A DNA stretch of 64,000 nt from Candidatus Woesearchaeota archaeon (GCA_964354405.1 CAYGZP010000002.1:71671-135670), one strand, 5' to 3'. Counted from the first letter of the stretch, positions 10,318 through 20,794 are shown. Notes: generated by a model not told the origin, from the sequence alone. A program made the numbers and translations.

Positions 10318-10455
10318 TTTTCAATATCCAAATTAAGAAAATTTTGCTTTTAAAACTTTACTTTTGCTTATTTTTCAGTCTTCTTCTCATTTTTAATGTC
10401 ACTCTAAAATAGCAAAATAGATAAATTATTTAAACTCTTCAAGACTGATTTATTC

Positions 10456-11406
10456 ATGCCAGGGGAACCCCAAATTGACCATCTCAAAAATCTTGAAGAG
10501 ATAGTCCAATATTTAATGTGGGTGCTTCAGCCAGATACAATTCTTACTGAACTGCCTTATGATTTAGACTTCTTAAACAAGTCAGAGCTGGAGAAATATG
10601 CAGAATGGTGCCGGGGGTCAGTTTCAGAAAAAGAATTTGACGAAGGCGCCCTCAATATAAATGAGCCCATTACAAGATATTATGTCGAAAGGCTCTATCC
10701 CAAGCTCGATAAAATAAAGCAGACAGAGAAAGTAAAATATTGGTTAGGAGAGATGCGCAAGTTGCTTAAAATCCCCGAAGATTATAATATTAAGTTAAAT
10801 CCCGAGAATATAGACAAAATAAAAGAGAAAATCGCTGAAAGTCCGGGGGAGGGCCATTTTGCCAAGGCAAAAAGAAGAATAAAAATTGCGATAGTTTTGA
10901 GATGGCTGCATGACAAAGAATTGTCAAAAAAACTCTCCAACGCGACTAATGAATATATAAAAAGAATTGGGGATTTTTATGGCAAGTGCAAGAAAGGCGA
11001 GAATATTGACATCAAAGCAATCGGAGCTTACAAACCCCCTAAAGAGGATTTGGAGTGCATACAAGAGAATCGCGAAAAAATTGACATTGCTTTAATTGAA
11101 GCTTCCAAAGAGATCATAGGGATTAAAGAATCCCAAAAGAGAGAGGGGGCGAAAACAGGTATTTATGGGCATTTTGAGGTTGTAGTAAATGCTGTTAACA
11201 GAATAAATCTTTTTACAAAGGGCGGAGCAATGGAGGGATATGATTATATTGAACGTTTTAAGGACTCGCTGTTTATGGCTATAATTCTTAATTACGCTCA
11301 GGATCCTTACATCAGGCAAACCGCAGAGGTCGTTAAATTACTTGAATGGATTGTTCCTATATATAAGGCATATAAGGGAAAAGAATCAATTGAAGAACTG
11401 ATTTAA
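10456..11406 (+). CDS. hypothetical protein (316 aa, helical)
   Basis: Long ORF with an upstream TATA-like element; no motif recognised. Confidence 0.65.
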   Translation: MPGEPQIDHLKNLEEIVQYLMWVLQPDTILTELPYDLDFLNKSELEKYAEWCRGSVSEKEFDEGALNINEPITRYYVERLYPKLDKIKQTEKVKYWLGEMRKLLKIPEDYNIKLNPENIDKIKEKIAESPGEGHFAKAKRRIKIAIVLRWLHDKELSKKLSNATNEYIKRIGDFYGKCKKGENIDIKAIGAYKPPKEDLECIQENREKIDIALIEASKEIIGIKESQKREGAKTGIYGHFEVVVNAVNRINLFTKGGAMEGYDYIERFKDSLFMAIILNYAQDPYIRQTAEVVKLLEWIVPIYKAYKGKESIEELI

Positions 11407-11456
11407 TAAAACACTTCTTTAAAAAAATTTAAAAACAGTACATTCTTAGAAGCATT

Positions 11457-11648
11457 ATGAATAAGTGGTTAGAAATTTTAATAGGTTTAATCTTGATAAT
11501 AGTTCCTATTTTGCTAGTGACTTCAGTGCCTGTGTTCTACAACTGGGGCCTCGCGGCCTTGGAGTTCTTGAAAGGTGGAGTAGTAATTGTTTTGGTTTTA
11601 ATAGGCGCGTTGTTTGTAATCTTAGGCATAAGTGATTTGAAAGGTTAA
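11457..11648 (+). CDS. small two-helix membrane protein
   Basis: Two hydrophobic segments, ends GISDLKG; TATA-like TTTAAA upstream. Confidence 0.7.
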   Translation: MNKWLEILIGLILIIVPILLVTSVPVFYNWGLAALEFLKGGVVIVLVLIGALFVILGISDLKG

Positions 11649-11695
11649 ACAAGTTAAAGGAAAAGAGAACAGAAAGAAGGAGAAGTAACATTTAC

Positions 11696-12457
11696 TTAAT
11701 ACTCTCCTACATAGCCCGTGCTCATGCTTTTTATTGAACACAAAAATGGGCACAAGAAACTGATTATATCTTTCATGTTCTGTCCTGGAATTGTAAGTTC
11801 ATTCGGCAACAGAACAAAAGGATCAACTTTCTCTCTTTGCAGCAAATTAATTTCTCCCATTCTATAATTATAAGGAGCTTCTTTTTTCTTCAAATAAGCA
11901 TAAGCATTATCATTGTTTAATTGGCCAAGTAAATCAACAAATCTTCCAATATATGATTTACTTATTGTGGTATCTGAGAGTATCCTAGAACCTTTTATAA
12001 CATGTACTATAGGGAACCTTTCGCTGTTATAATGGGAATAGTTCCCTTCATATTCTTGCTCTACTAAATTATAATTAGTATAATTTTCTTTTCCAATGCT
12101 TTTACAAGGATCTCTATTTTCTATAAGATGTTCCAAGGCACCAAGATAAATTTTTACAAGGTCAAGATTGAAACATGCTCCATTACTTAAGTCCCAATCT
12201 TTTCCAAAACGCGCCTCTCCAATTTCTTGGGCATGTTCTTTTATGATTTTTATAGCTTTTGGATTTGCAACAGTCATCCTAAAATGATATTCAAAATTTC
12301 CCAGATTAATATCCAGGGGGTCATAAATTTTTTCTAATGCGTCTCTCACAGAATTTTTTAGGAATTCCAAATGATACTGGGGGTGATAATCTCTAGGCAC
12401 CTCTATATCAATCGGCTTGTTATTTTTGCATATTATTTTTATTTTTTCTTCTGACAT
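11696..12457 (-). CDS. hypothetical protein (253 aa)
   Basis: Long AT-rich ORF, no motif recognised. Confidence 0.6.
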   Translation of the reverse strand: MSEEKIKIICKNNKPIDIEVPRDYHPQYHLEFLKNSVRDALEKIYDPLDINLGNFEYHFRMTVANPKAIKIIKEHAQEIGEARFGKDWDLSNGACFNLDLVKIYLGALEHLIENRDPCKSIGKENYTNYNLVEQEYEGNYSHYNSERFPIVHVIKGSRILSDTTISKSYIGRFVDLLGQLNNDNAYAYLKKKEAPYNYRMGEINLLQREKVDPFVLLPNELTIPGQNMKDIISFLCPFLCSIKSMSTGYVGEY

Positions 12458-12586
12458 CAGTGGATTAATATTTTTTGCCTTTTAATCCTTGTTGTCATAA
12501 AACATATATTTTTAATAATAATTTTATTTGTGGAAAAGTATTTTAATTCTTGATAGTTTGTCTTGCAGTGTTAAGGGGGCGAGAGA

Positions 12587-13831
12587 ATGACATCAGAATA
12601 TCAAGTATCTCAAGATTTATGCATTAGATGCAAAGGCCGCGGTTGGTGTGGTCAGGGCTGTAAGATTTTGCGCGAGTTAAGACAATTTCAGCCAAAAGTT
12701 GGGACAAGTTTCTCTGGCTCGAGCCCTCCCGAAATATTTGTGGGGCATTATGGTTATCCTAATGTATTCACAGGAATCCTCTCGCCTAACGAATATGGCG
12801 ACACAGAATATTTGAGCATGCCCGAGTCATGGCACTCAAGCCAAGCATCAATACAAGATATTTTGTCATATCGTTCAAGAATGATTTATTCAAGATTCAT
12901 CTCAGAAATAAAAAGCGCAAGATCTCAGCAAAAACAAAACAAATTCTTGGATTCAATGCAGCAAATCGCTCTTGCCAACAAAGCTGTCGATGCGAGTTTT
13001 GAATTAAAGAAAAAACCCCAAATCCGCATCCATCTGGATTCTCATATCGCGATGATAGGAAACCCCGCGCCCCTCAAGAAAGTTACAATAGATTCAAATC
13101 CAAAAATCGAAAAGAAAGTTGATTATCTTGCGAATGATACAGATGCAAAGGCAACAACTTCTATCCAAGAACTCTACAAAGCAAATATCGCTGTAAGCAA
13201 CATCATCAAGATTCTTAGCGCTGGCATGTTAGGCATGAGGACTCAAAGAAAACTTGTTCCGACAAGATGGGCAGTCACAGCAACTGATGACACACTGAGC
13301 AAAAATCTATTGAGAAACATAAGGCATTATCCTGAGTTATCAACATATCAGTTGTTCATCGCAGATTATCTCGGCAATCATTATAACATTTTGCTGATGC
13401 CCGGCTGCTGGGGCTTTGAAGTCATCGAAGCATCGAGCAAAGGATATTTTGGCATGGGCTCCAAAAAAGAAATTGCGATGTGGCACGATTACGAGTTCTT
13501 CCAGGCCCGCAAGAGATATGCATCAAGTGTGACAGGAGCATATTATGCAAATCGTCTCGGAATTTGTGAATATTTAGACAAGATAAAAAAACAGGCTTCT
13601 GTGCTAGTATTCAGAGAAGTCCGCGAAGAATACTGGGCGCCTTGCGGTGTGGGAATTTTGAGAGAAGTTACAAGAGAAGCAATGTCGAAGAAACCGCAAG
13701 AATTCGCAACAATAGAAGAAGCTTTGAGCGCAGCTCAGAACAATTCCAAGCTTCCCCTCTCGCTTTACACAGAAAAATCAAAACTCTTGGCAAATTTCAA
13801 GAAACAAACTAGACTTAGTAGATTTTTGTGA
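12587..13831 (+). CDS. nreA: archaeal Nre DNA-repair protein (PCNA-interacting)
   Basis: N-terminal CxxCKG..CG..C, GSSPPEIFVG..GYP, LVPTRWAVTA, C-terminal PIP box QTRLSRFL. Confidence 0.9.
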   Translation: MTSEYQVSQDLCIRCKGRGWCGQGCKILRELRQFQPKVGTSFSGSSPPEIFVGHYGYPNVFTGILSPNEYGDTEYLSMPESWHSSQASIQDILSYRSRMIYSRFISEIKSARSQQKQNKFLDSMQQIALANKAVDASFELKKKPQIRIHLDSHIAMIGNPAPLKKVTIDSNPKIEKKVDYLANDTDAKATTSIQELYKANIAVSNIIKILSAGMLGMRTQRKLVPTRWAVTATDDTLSKNLLRNIRHYPELSTYQLFIADYLGNHYNILLMPGCWGFEVIEASSKGYFGMGSKKEIAMWHDYEFFQARKRYASSVTGAYYANRLGICEYLDKIKKQASVLVFREVREEYWAPCGVGILREVTREAMSKKPQEFATIEEALSAAQNNSKLPLSLYTEKSKLLANFKKQTRLSRFL

Positions 13832-13835
13832 ATTC

Positions 13836-14555
13836 TTACAAAGTTTTTAACACTAGCATCAGGGCCAAACCAATTATTATGAAAATGAACTGCAAAAGGG
13901 ATTCTGAAACCCTGGTTTTTTTATGCAATTCTGGAATCAAATCAGTTGCAGCAATATAGATAAAGCCTCCTGCTGCAAATGGCAAAAGAAATGCTACGTT
14001 AATTGCAGAACCAATGAAATAGCCAGTTAATGCCCCAAAGAATGCTGTCAAAGCAATTAAGAAATTATAAAATAGGGCCTTACTTTTCTTGAAACCGCCA
14101 TAAACTAAAACCCCAAATTCTCCTATTTCCTGGGGAATTTCGTGCATGATCACTGCAATCGTAGTTGTAATCCCGAGGTTTAAGTTTATTAAATAAGCAG
14201 CTGCAATGATTAAACCATCAATAAAGTTATGCAAGGCATCGCCGAAAAGAATTGCGTAGTTAAAGGGGTGAATAGAACAATGTTTTTTATGACAGTGCCT
14301 CCAATGCAAAAATTTTTCAAGAATAAAGAAGCTTAGAATCCCAAAAATTACGAATAAAGAAGCTTTTTCTATCCCCAATTCAAGTGATTCTGGCAAAAGA
14401 TGGAAAAAAGCTCCTCCAAGCAATGCACCTGAAGCTAAAGCTATCAATAAGGTAAGGATTTTGTTAAGAAATTTTTCTTTTATTGCTAAAAAGACTATTC
14501 CTACAAGAGATATTAAGCTTACTACAGCTACAGAAATTAAAATCCACAGCAACAT
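13836..14555 (-). CDS. ZIP family divalent metal transporter
   Basis: HLLPE, His/Cys loop HWRHCH, GDALHNFIDG, HEIPQE, DLIPELH. Confidence 0.92.
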   Translation of the reverse strand: MLLWILISVAVVSLISLVGIVFLAIKEKFLNKILTLLIALASGALLGGAFFHLLPESLELGIEKASLFVIFGILSFFILEKFLHWRHCHKKHCSIHPFNYAILFGDALHNFIDGLIIAAAYLINLNLGITTTIAVIMHEIPQEIGEFGVLVYGGFKKSKALFYNFLIALTAFFGALTGYFIGSAINVAFLLPFAAGGFIYIAATDLIPELHKKTRVSESLLQFIFIIIGLALMLVLKTL

Positions 14556-14593
14556 ATGTTATCTTTGTAAATCTATTTTAAATATTTTTGTAA

Positions 14594-15565
14594 CTATAAA
14601 AGTTCCATCGCTTTCTCAAGCATAATCATCTCTTCATTAGCCTTGACAACAGCTGTCCCAAACTTCAAAGGCAGATAGCCGCAGATTTTATTTCTTATGA
14701 ACTCGCTCTCCTCGCCGATTCCCCCAGAGAAAACAACAAAATCAATGTAACCCAATGCAGCTTTGTATGCGCAGACTTGTTTCGCTATATTATAACAGAA
14801 AATATCTAAAGCCTGGGCATTTTTAACATCCCCCCTCCTGTCAACAATCTTTTTTACATCTCTCGAGCCAGTCAAACCATATAATCCACATTCATTATTC
14901 AAAATATCTTTAGCTTTCTTCAATCCAAATTGTTCTACAAGAAACAAAACAATTCCAGGATCTATGCTCCCCGCTCTTGTCACCATCATGATTCCTTCTA
15001 AAGGTGTCAGCCCCATGCTTACATCAAGTGCTTTTCCCTTTGATATAGCTGCAACACTGCATCCCGCTCCGAGATGGCATGAAACAATATTCTTGTCAGG
15101 GAAATGTTTCGCGATATACTCGTGATTCAACCCATGGAACCCATAACGCTTAATTCCATATTTCTTCGAGATTGCCGTCGGCAAAGCATAAGTTTTTGCT
15201 TTGTCAGGAAGCTCAGTAAAGAAAGAAGTGTCAAAGACAGCGATTTGTTTAGCATGTTTCGCGCATTTCTGGGATAACTTGATTACTTCAAGCTCGCGGG
15301 GATTGTGCAAAGGAGCGAACTTAGAGTATTTCACAATCTCCTTAATAATTTTTGCAGTTATGAAACAAGGCTTGCTCAACTCGCCGCCATGAACCACTCT
15401 GTGGGCAATACAAGAAGGATTACATTTCTTCACAGCCTCGCGGACAATCTTCTGATAATCCTTGGATTTGTTTGTACAGAAGGTTTTTTTCTCCTTCAAG
15501 TTCTTGTTATCATAAAAACTGTATTTCACTGTCTCTGAACCAACATTAAATATCAAAAATCTCAT
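14594..15565 (-). CDS. ackA: acetate kinase (short, 323 aa)
   Basis: NVGS, HRVVHGG, APLHN, DTSF, RYGFHG, HLGAG, SMGLTPLEG, GGIGE, NEE; start overlaps the cooS stop (ATGA). Confidence 0.93.
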   Translation of the reverse strand: MRFLIFNVGSETVKYSFYDNKNLKEKKTFCTNKSKDYQKIVREAVKKCNPSCIAHRVVHGGELSKPCFITAKIIKEIVKYSKFAPLHNPRELEVIKLSQKCAKHAKQIAVFDTSFFTELPDKAKTYALPTAISKKYGIKRYGFHGLNHEYIAKHFPDKNIVSCHLGAGCSVAAISKGKALDVSMGLTPLEGIMMVTRAGSIDPGIVLFLVEQFGLKKAKDILNNECGLYGLTGSRDVKKIVDRRGDVKNAQALDIFCYNIAKQVCAYKAALGYIDFVVFSGGIGEESEFIRNKICGYLPLKFGTAVVKANEEMIMLEKAMELL

Positions 15566-17148
15566 TTTTTAGTTTTTGCCCTCGTTTTTCTTAAGTTTTC
15601 TTTCTTTATTATTCTTTTGAACAAGTGCTCGGGAGAGGTTTCAAGGAAAACTCTGCTTTCAAACTTGTCTCGCAATACATTTTCCAAGAACTGGGCGATG
15701 GTTGTGTCGCTTGATATCATGAAAGGATAGCCAAAATGAACATCGACTCCCAAGGAAGCAAAAAACATTCCAATTGCGATGGCTTTTTCAGTTATCGGCA
15801 TCGGACATGATATCAAGAAAGGCATGTCAGTTATTCTCTTGCCACTCAATTCCGAAATTCTTTTAAAAACTTCCGCGATTCTCGAGTTGTTAACACAAGA
15901 ACCCATGTGATAAACTCGCTTGCCATCCAACAATCCATTCTGTCCGAACTTGAAAGCCATGCATCCTGTAGTAAGAATAATATAATCTTTGCTTAATTTC
16001 TTATATATTGGAATCCAATCTTCTTTAACTCGGGGGTTTGCACATCCAACCACTCCGATAATCCCTTTGACCTTTCCTTTCTCAAGTTGCTCTTGCCATT
16101 TTTGCAGAGGCAAATTGTCCTCGGAAAAACCCACAACAACTTCTCTCCTTACTTTCTTGAGTGAGATTTCCTTTCTCTTTCTTCTGTTCGCTCTTGCAAG
16201 CTGGATAATTTTCTTCGCGTTTTCCTCAGCTTCTTTAGGATTTCTGAAAGGCATATGCATTGCATTAGGGATTCTGCATAATTTGTTAGTTGTTATAAGA
16301 ACAGTATGATAACACTCGCACAAATCAGCCAAGGAGGGCATAATGCATTGAACATCTACAACCATTGCCTCGACAGCTCCTGAAGCAATCACATCCTCCT
16401 GCAGAATAAAATGTGCAGCCATCGGGATTCCATATCTCGCCAGAACACTCGCGCCAGTGCAGCAGACTCCAATCAGATTGATATCTTTATTTTCGGGCTT
16501 TTTCATCTCTTTCGCAAGAGCAATCGCCAACATGGGCTCGTGTCCATGAACCGCGATATTCACTTTATCCTCGCGAATAACCCCCATATCCAAAATTCCC
16601 TTTCTAACTTCAGGCTTGCCATAATATCTGTCCTCAAGTTCTGTAGCGAGATACAATCCATAATAACCGTCAACAATCCCCATCCTCATTGTTCTTTTTA
16701 ATATGCTCGTGTAGTCTGCATCAACACCCATTGATGAGGCATGCAAGGCTTCGCTGATGTCTTTGAAATGCTCAAAATGAATCACAGGCACAATTCCCAA
16801 CTCTTGCCATAACTTGTAAAGATAGCTCGGAGCCTTTTTTTCAATATAAAGTTGAGGATAATCTAATTCCAAAAAGTTTTTGAGATGATAAGCATGTCCG
16901 ACATGGCAAGCTGCTCCTGCAGCTGCAAATCTCAATAAATTGCGAGCCACAACCAAATCTTGATTTGCTCCGCACACTCCTCGTTGTTCTTTTGCCACAA
17001 CTCTGCAAGGCCCCATCAAGCAGTTCCTGCAGCACTTGCCCTGCAATCCTATAGGACAAGGAGCCATTAGTTTCTCCCTTTCGCAAACTAATGGGATATT
17101 GCATTTCTTTTTTTTCTCTATCTTCTTTTTTTTCTTCTCTTTTTTCAT
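15562..17148 (-). CDS. cooS: Ni-Fe carbon monoxide dehydrogenase catalytic subunit (CooS-type, compact)
   Basis: D/B-cluster C-x7-CCxxC-x2-GPC-x11-CG; HxxHxxH; C-cluster ligand motifs HGHEP, CCTG, DVQC, VGC, TGC, GSCV; EKA Lys. Confidence 0.88.
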   Translation of the reverse strand: MKKEKKKKKIEKKKKCNIPLVCEREKLMAPCPIGLQGKCCRNCLMGPCRVVAKEQRGVCGANQDLVVARNLLRFAAAGAACHVGHAYHLKNFLELDYPQLYIEKKAPSYLYKLWQELGIVPVIHFEHFKDISEALHASSMGVDADYTSILKRTMRMGIVDGYYGLYLATELEDRYYGKPEVRKGILDMGVIREDKVNIAVHGHEPMLAIALAKEMKKPENKDINLIGVCCTGASVLARYGIPMAAHFILQEDVIASGAVEAMVVDVQCIMPSLADLCECYHTVLITTNKLCRIPNAMHMPFRNPKEAEENAKKIIQLARANRRKRKEISLKKVRREVVVGFSEDNLPLQKWQEQLEKGKVKGIIGVVGCANPRVKEDWIPIYKKLSKDYIILTTGCMAFKFGQNGLLDGKRVYHMGSCVNNSRIAEVFKRISELSGKRITDMPFLISCPMPITEKAIAIGMFFASLGVDVHFGYPFMISSDTTIAQFLENVLRDKFESRVFLETSPEHLFKRIIKKENLRKTRAKTKK

Positions 17149-17975
17149 TTTTTCTTTTTTCTCAGTTCATCAACTTGTAGAACAGTTATCGCAGCCAAGT
17201 TTACAATATCTTGTATTGAGCATCCTCTTGACAAATCATTTACTGGCTTGTTCAAGCCCTGTAATATCGGGCCGATAGCATGCCATCCTGCAAATCTTTC
17301 AACAAGCTTGTAGCCAATGTTACCTGCATCGAGGCAAGGGAAAATCAAAACATTATAAGCTAAAGCTTTCGCGCCCTTCATTCTGGCTACATTCAAGTTC
17401 AGCGCCGCGTCAGCTTGAATCTCACCTTCAACATTCAAATCTGTTTGTTTTAAAATTTTTACAGCCTCGCGCACATTATCAACACTCAAGCCCTTGCCCG
17501 AGTCCTTGGTAGAATAAGACAACATCGCTACTACAGGCTCAGTTTTTGTGATAAGTTTGAAAGTTTTCGCGCTCAGCTCTGCAATTTCAGCGAGCTGTTC
17601 TGGATTCGGCTCAGGCTGCGCAGCGCAGTCAGCGAAGAGCATCGCGCTTTTCTTGTCAGGCGATATCATGAGAAAAGCACCGCTGGTTCTCTTGACTTCT
17701 GGCGCCATAAACTTAAAAGCAAGATATAATGTCATCGAGCTTGAATGAGAAGCTCCAGTTATTATCGCATCTGCCTCGTTGTTGTGCAGCATTAACTCTG
17801 CTTTCTCAAGATTTTTCTCAATTCTCCTGTCTTTCAATGTAATCACTTTAGCTATATTTTCATCTTCTATAATTTGTATCGCTTTGTTCACTCTAGAATC
17901 CTGCTCGGGAAAAACAATCCTCACAACTCGATGTTTGTTAATCCCTCTAGCTCTTTTTCTTATATTCTCAATCAT
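17145..17975 (-). CDS. pta: phosphate acetyltransferase (short, 276 aa)
   Basis: IVFPE, FADCA, LSYST, EGEIQADAA, GNIGYK, GPILQG..PVNDLSRG. Confidence 0.92.
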   Translation of the reverse strand: MIENIRKRARGINKHRVVRIVFPEQDSRVNKAIQIIEDENIAKVITLKDRRIEKNLEKAELMLHNNEADAIITGASHSSSMTLYLAFKFMAPEVKRTSGAFLMISPDKKSAMLFADCAAQPEPNPEQLAEIAELSAKTFKLITKTEPVVAMLSYSTKDSGKGLSVDNVREAVKILKQTDLNVEGEIQADAALNLNVARMKGAKALAYNVLIFPCLDAGNIGYKLVERFAGWHAIGPILQGLNKPVNDLSRGCSIQDIVNLAAITVLQVDELRKKKK

Positions 17976-17993
17976 CTCGACCTCTTTTTATTA

Positions 17994-18581
17994 CTATCTC
18001 AAAGCTTTTCCAAAAACTTTTTTATTTTCTTCCAAGAACTGCGGCCTTATCCTTTCCTTGATTGCTTCCCATAGTTTTTCTTTTTTGAACGGCAGTGCTT
18101 TCTTTTTCAAGGCATAACCCACCATAAAAATATTAGTTCCTGTTACATTGCCTGTCTCTTTCCTCACAATCGCATCAGCATCCACAACATAAACTTTTTT
18201 TGAAATCTTTTTTAATTTTTTCACAATATCCTGCAAACTCAATGACGAGCGGAAGGCTTTTGCATTTACAATGAATACAGTTTCCTTGTTCGCCCAATAG
18301 CTCGCGCGCAAAGCCTCCAAAGCCTCGAGAGCAATAATCAAGTCAGCATCGCCTTTCATCACAACTGGCGAATAAACTTTTGAGCCAAATCTGACATGAC
18401 AATCCAAAGCGCCTCCGCGCTGAGCCAACCCATGCAACTCAGATTGTTTCACATCATATTTGTGTTTCAGGGCAGCTTGGGCAATAATCTCAGCAATAGT
18501 CAATATTCCTTGTCCTCCATATCCTCCGACAATCAAATTAAAATTTTTATTTTTCTCTTTTTTATTAATTTTCTTTTCCAT
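17994..18581 (-). CDS. iorB: indolepyruvate:ferredoxin oxidoreductase-family beta subunit
   Basis: GYGGQG, SELHGLAQRGG, HVRFG, EALEALR. Confidence 0.88.
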   Translation of the reverse strand: MEKKINKKEKNKNFNLIVGGYGGQGILTIAEIIAQAALKHKYDVKQSELHGLAQRGGALDCHVRFGSKVYSPVVMKGDADLIIALEALEALRASYWANKETVFIVNAKAFRSSLSLQDIVKKLKKISKKVYVVDADAIVRKETGNVTGTNIFMVGYALKKKALPFKKEKLWEAIKERIRPQFLEENKKVFGKALR

Positions 18582-18591
18582 TTTATTTTTC

Positions 18592-20412
18592 CTATTTCTC
18601 CTCTTTGACTTCTTCTTTTACAATCTCAATGCAATCAGGATAAAGTTGTTTACACACAGAGCAGCTCCAGCACAAGTTCTTATCAATAAACCATTTGCTT
18701 TTCTTTCCTTTTTCTTTCTGAATTGCAGGACAATCAAATTTTGCTAACTCATTCAATTCAGGTTTTTGTTTGATAATCTGATATTTTGGAAGTTTCACTC
18801 CCTTTCGCGAAGCTTGTCTCACGAAAGCCAAGCGACATTCTCCCTTTGCTACTATAACAGAAACTCCTTGAGACTCATAAGCATCCTTGATATCGCTGCA
18901 CAATTTGTCAAAATTGTAAACCTGAGATGTCTTTACAAAATCAACTTTGCATGCTTTAGCAATTTGCTCTATATCGATGACTTTTGTCTCATCTCCCATC
19001 GCTGTGATTCCTGTGACCGGATTTGGCTGATGTCCTGTCATCGCAGTCCATCTATTATCAAGAACGATGACAAGAGCATTTGCTTTATTATAAACCAAAT
19101 TTAACAGAGCAGGAATGCCTCCATGCAAGAAAGTCGAATCTCCGACAAAAGCAACAGTTTTCTTGCCGGTTGTTTTAGAAATTCCATGCGATATTCCAAT
19201 TCCAGCACCCATGCTGACAATATAATCAGGAAGTTTGAATGGCTCGGTTGCTGCTAAAAGATAACATCCTATGTCTCCACCAAAAATCTTATCTTTGCCC
19301 AGGACTTTGGAAACAGCATAAAATGTCGCGCGATGAGGACATCCAGGACAAAAGAAAGGCAATCTTCTCTCAACTTCAACAGAAGCTCGTAAAATTTCTT
19401 CTGAAACTGGCTTGTTTAATATTTTTGCCAATCCCATAAGAACAATTTCGGGTTTCAGTTCTCCTGTTTCAGAGAAAAATTGTTTTCCATAAACCTTCAA
19501 CGAGCATAATTTCTTGATTTCTTCCTCGATAATCGGATCAAGCTCTTCGATAATCACAACTTCTTGCAGATTTTTCATAAATCCCTTGATTTTTTCAGCG
19601 GGGAACGGATAACTGAAGCCAAGCTTGGACAAAGGCAATTTAATATTTAATTTGTCAAAAGCCTCTCGAACATAATCATAACTAACTCCAGAAGTGATAA
19701 TTCCTATCTTGCCCTCTCCTTTCTCAATCGAGTTGAAAACTGATTTTTCAGAAAGCTCTTTTATCTTAACAATTTTTTCAAGAATTTTTTTATGCAAGCC
19801 TACAGTTACTGCACAGCCAATATTAAACTCCTTTTTCTTAAAGCTCGCTTGAGTTCTTGTCTTGACAATTCGCCCAAAGTTAACAATCGACTTGGCATAG
19901 GAAACTCGCGTTGTGAGTCTGATAATCACAGGAGTCTTGTAAAGCCACGCCAAAGAGAACGCAGCTTTAGTCATATCCAAAGCCTCTTGCGCGTTACTTG
20001 GCTCGAACATCGGAATTTTGCTCAACTTTGCAAAGTGCCTCGAATCTTGCTCTGTCTGTATAGAGCTGAAACATCCAGGATCATCTGCAACTACAACAAC
20101 TATTGGACAAGAAAAATAAGCCAGAGGCATCAATGAGTCAAGAGCAACATTCAATCCATAATGTTTCATTGCTACGAGAGATTTTGCTCCAGAGAACGCA
20201 GCTCCAGCAGCAGCTTCCAAAGCAACTTTTTCATTAACGCTCCACTCAAAATAAATTCCTGTCTCTTGGGCAATGCTCGCGAATGTGTTGCCTATTTCAC
20301 TCGCAGGAGTGCCAGCATAGCTAGAAGCAAAGCTCATGCCTGATTCCAAAGCACCGCGAACAATGGCCTCATTGCCAAATATTAAACCTCTTTTATCTTT
20401 CAACACTTCCAT
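18592..20412 (-). CDS. iorA: indolepyruvate:ferredoxin oxidoreductase-family alpha subunit
   Basis: GNEAIVRG, YAGTP, NEKVALE, CPGCPHR, GDIGCY, ThDP motif GDSTF..DN, MTGHQP, C-terminal ferredoxin-like domain. Confidence 0.9.
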   Translation of the reverse strand: MEVLKDKRGLIFGNEAIVRGALESGMSFASSYAGTPASEIGNTFASIAQETGIYFEWSVNEKVALEAAAGAAFSGAKSLVAMKHYGLNVALDSLMPLAYFSCPIVVVVADDPGCFSSIQTEQDSRHFAKLSKIPMFEPSNAQEALDMTKAAFSLAWLYKTPVIIRLTTRVSYAKSIVNFGRIVKTRTQASFKKKEFNIGCAVTVGLHKKILEKIVKIKELSEKSVFNSIEKGEGKIGIITSGVSYDYVREAFDKLNIKLPLSKLGFSYPFPAEKIKGFMKNLQEVVIIEELDPIIEEEIKKLCSLKVYGKQFFSETGELKPEIVLMGLAKILNKPVSEEILRASVEVERRLPFFCPGCPHRATFYAVSKVLGKDKIFGGDIGCYLLAATEPFKLPDYIVSMGAGIGISHGISKTTGKKTVAFVGDSTFLHGGIPALLNLVYNKANALVIVLDNRWTAMTGHQPNPVTGITAMGDETKVIDIEQIAKACKVDFVKTSQVYNFDKLCSDIKDAYESQGVSVIVAKGECRLAFVRQASRKGVKLPKYQIIKQKPELNELAKFDCPAIQKEKGKKSKWFIDKNLCWSCSVCKQLYPDCIEIVKEEVKEEK

Positions 20413-20468
20413 CTTACTTCTGTTTCAATGTTTTTTGAATTTAAAAAGTTTTATTAAAAAGCTGATGA

Positions 20469-20738
20469 TTAACAGTTGATTTTCAGCTCCTTTGCGTTTA
20501 CTATGGCATCTGACACCTTTTTTCTTGCTTTTAGCAAAACCCTATGAAATGTGGGTTGGGAGATTCCCATGGCTTTTGCAGCCTTTTTCTGCTCCATCCC
20601 TATAACATCTTTGAGCCTTAAGGCTTCCAGCTCCTCTCTCGCCAAGTACAAAGTATCGAGGACGAGTGGTACAATTGGTACAAAATCCTCGCACTTTATT
20701 TCACAGCTTGTTTTTTTCAGTTTTTTTGGGCGCGCCAT
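20469..20738 (-). CDS. DUF134 (UPF0251) HTH DNA-binding protein
   Basis: MARPKK start; EELEALRLKD..G..Q..AA..MGISQPTFHR..ARKK..A (ORF track over-extends to 20936). Confidence 0.88.
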   Translation of the reverse strand: MARPKKLKKTSCEIKCEDFVPIVPLVLDTLYLAREELEALRLKDVIGMEQKKAAKAMGISQPTFHRVLLKARKKVSDAIVNAKELKINC

Positions 20739-20794
20739 TTTCAGTGACAGCATTAGCCAGAGCCAGTGACACCTCCTCTTACTCAGTAGATATA

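Noticed and set aside
15562..17148. Hybrid cluster protein, or evidence of a Wood-Ljungdahl pathway
   Set aside because: The Cys/His ligand pattern is CooS-like, not HCP-like. No ACS, corrinoid or methyltransferase genes are in the window.
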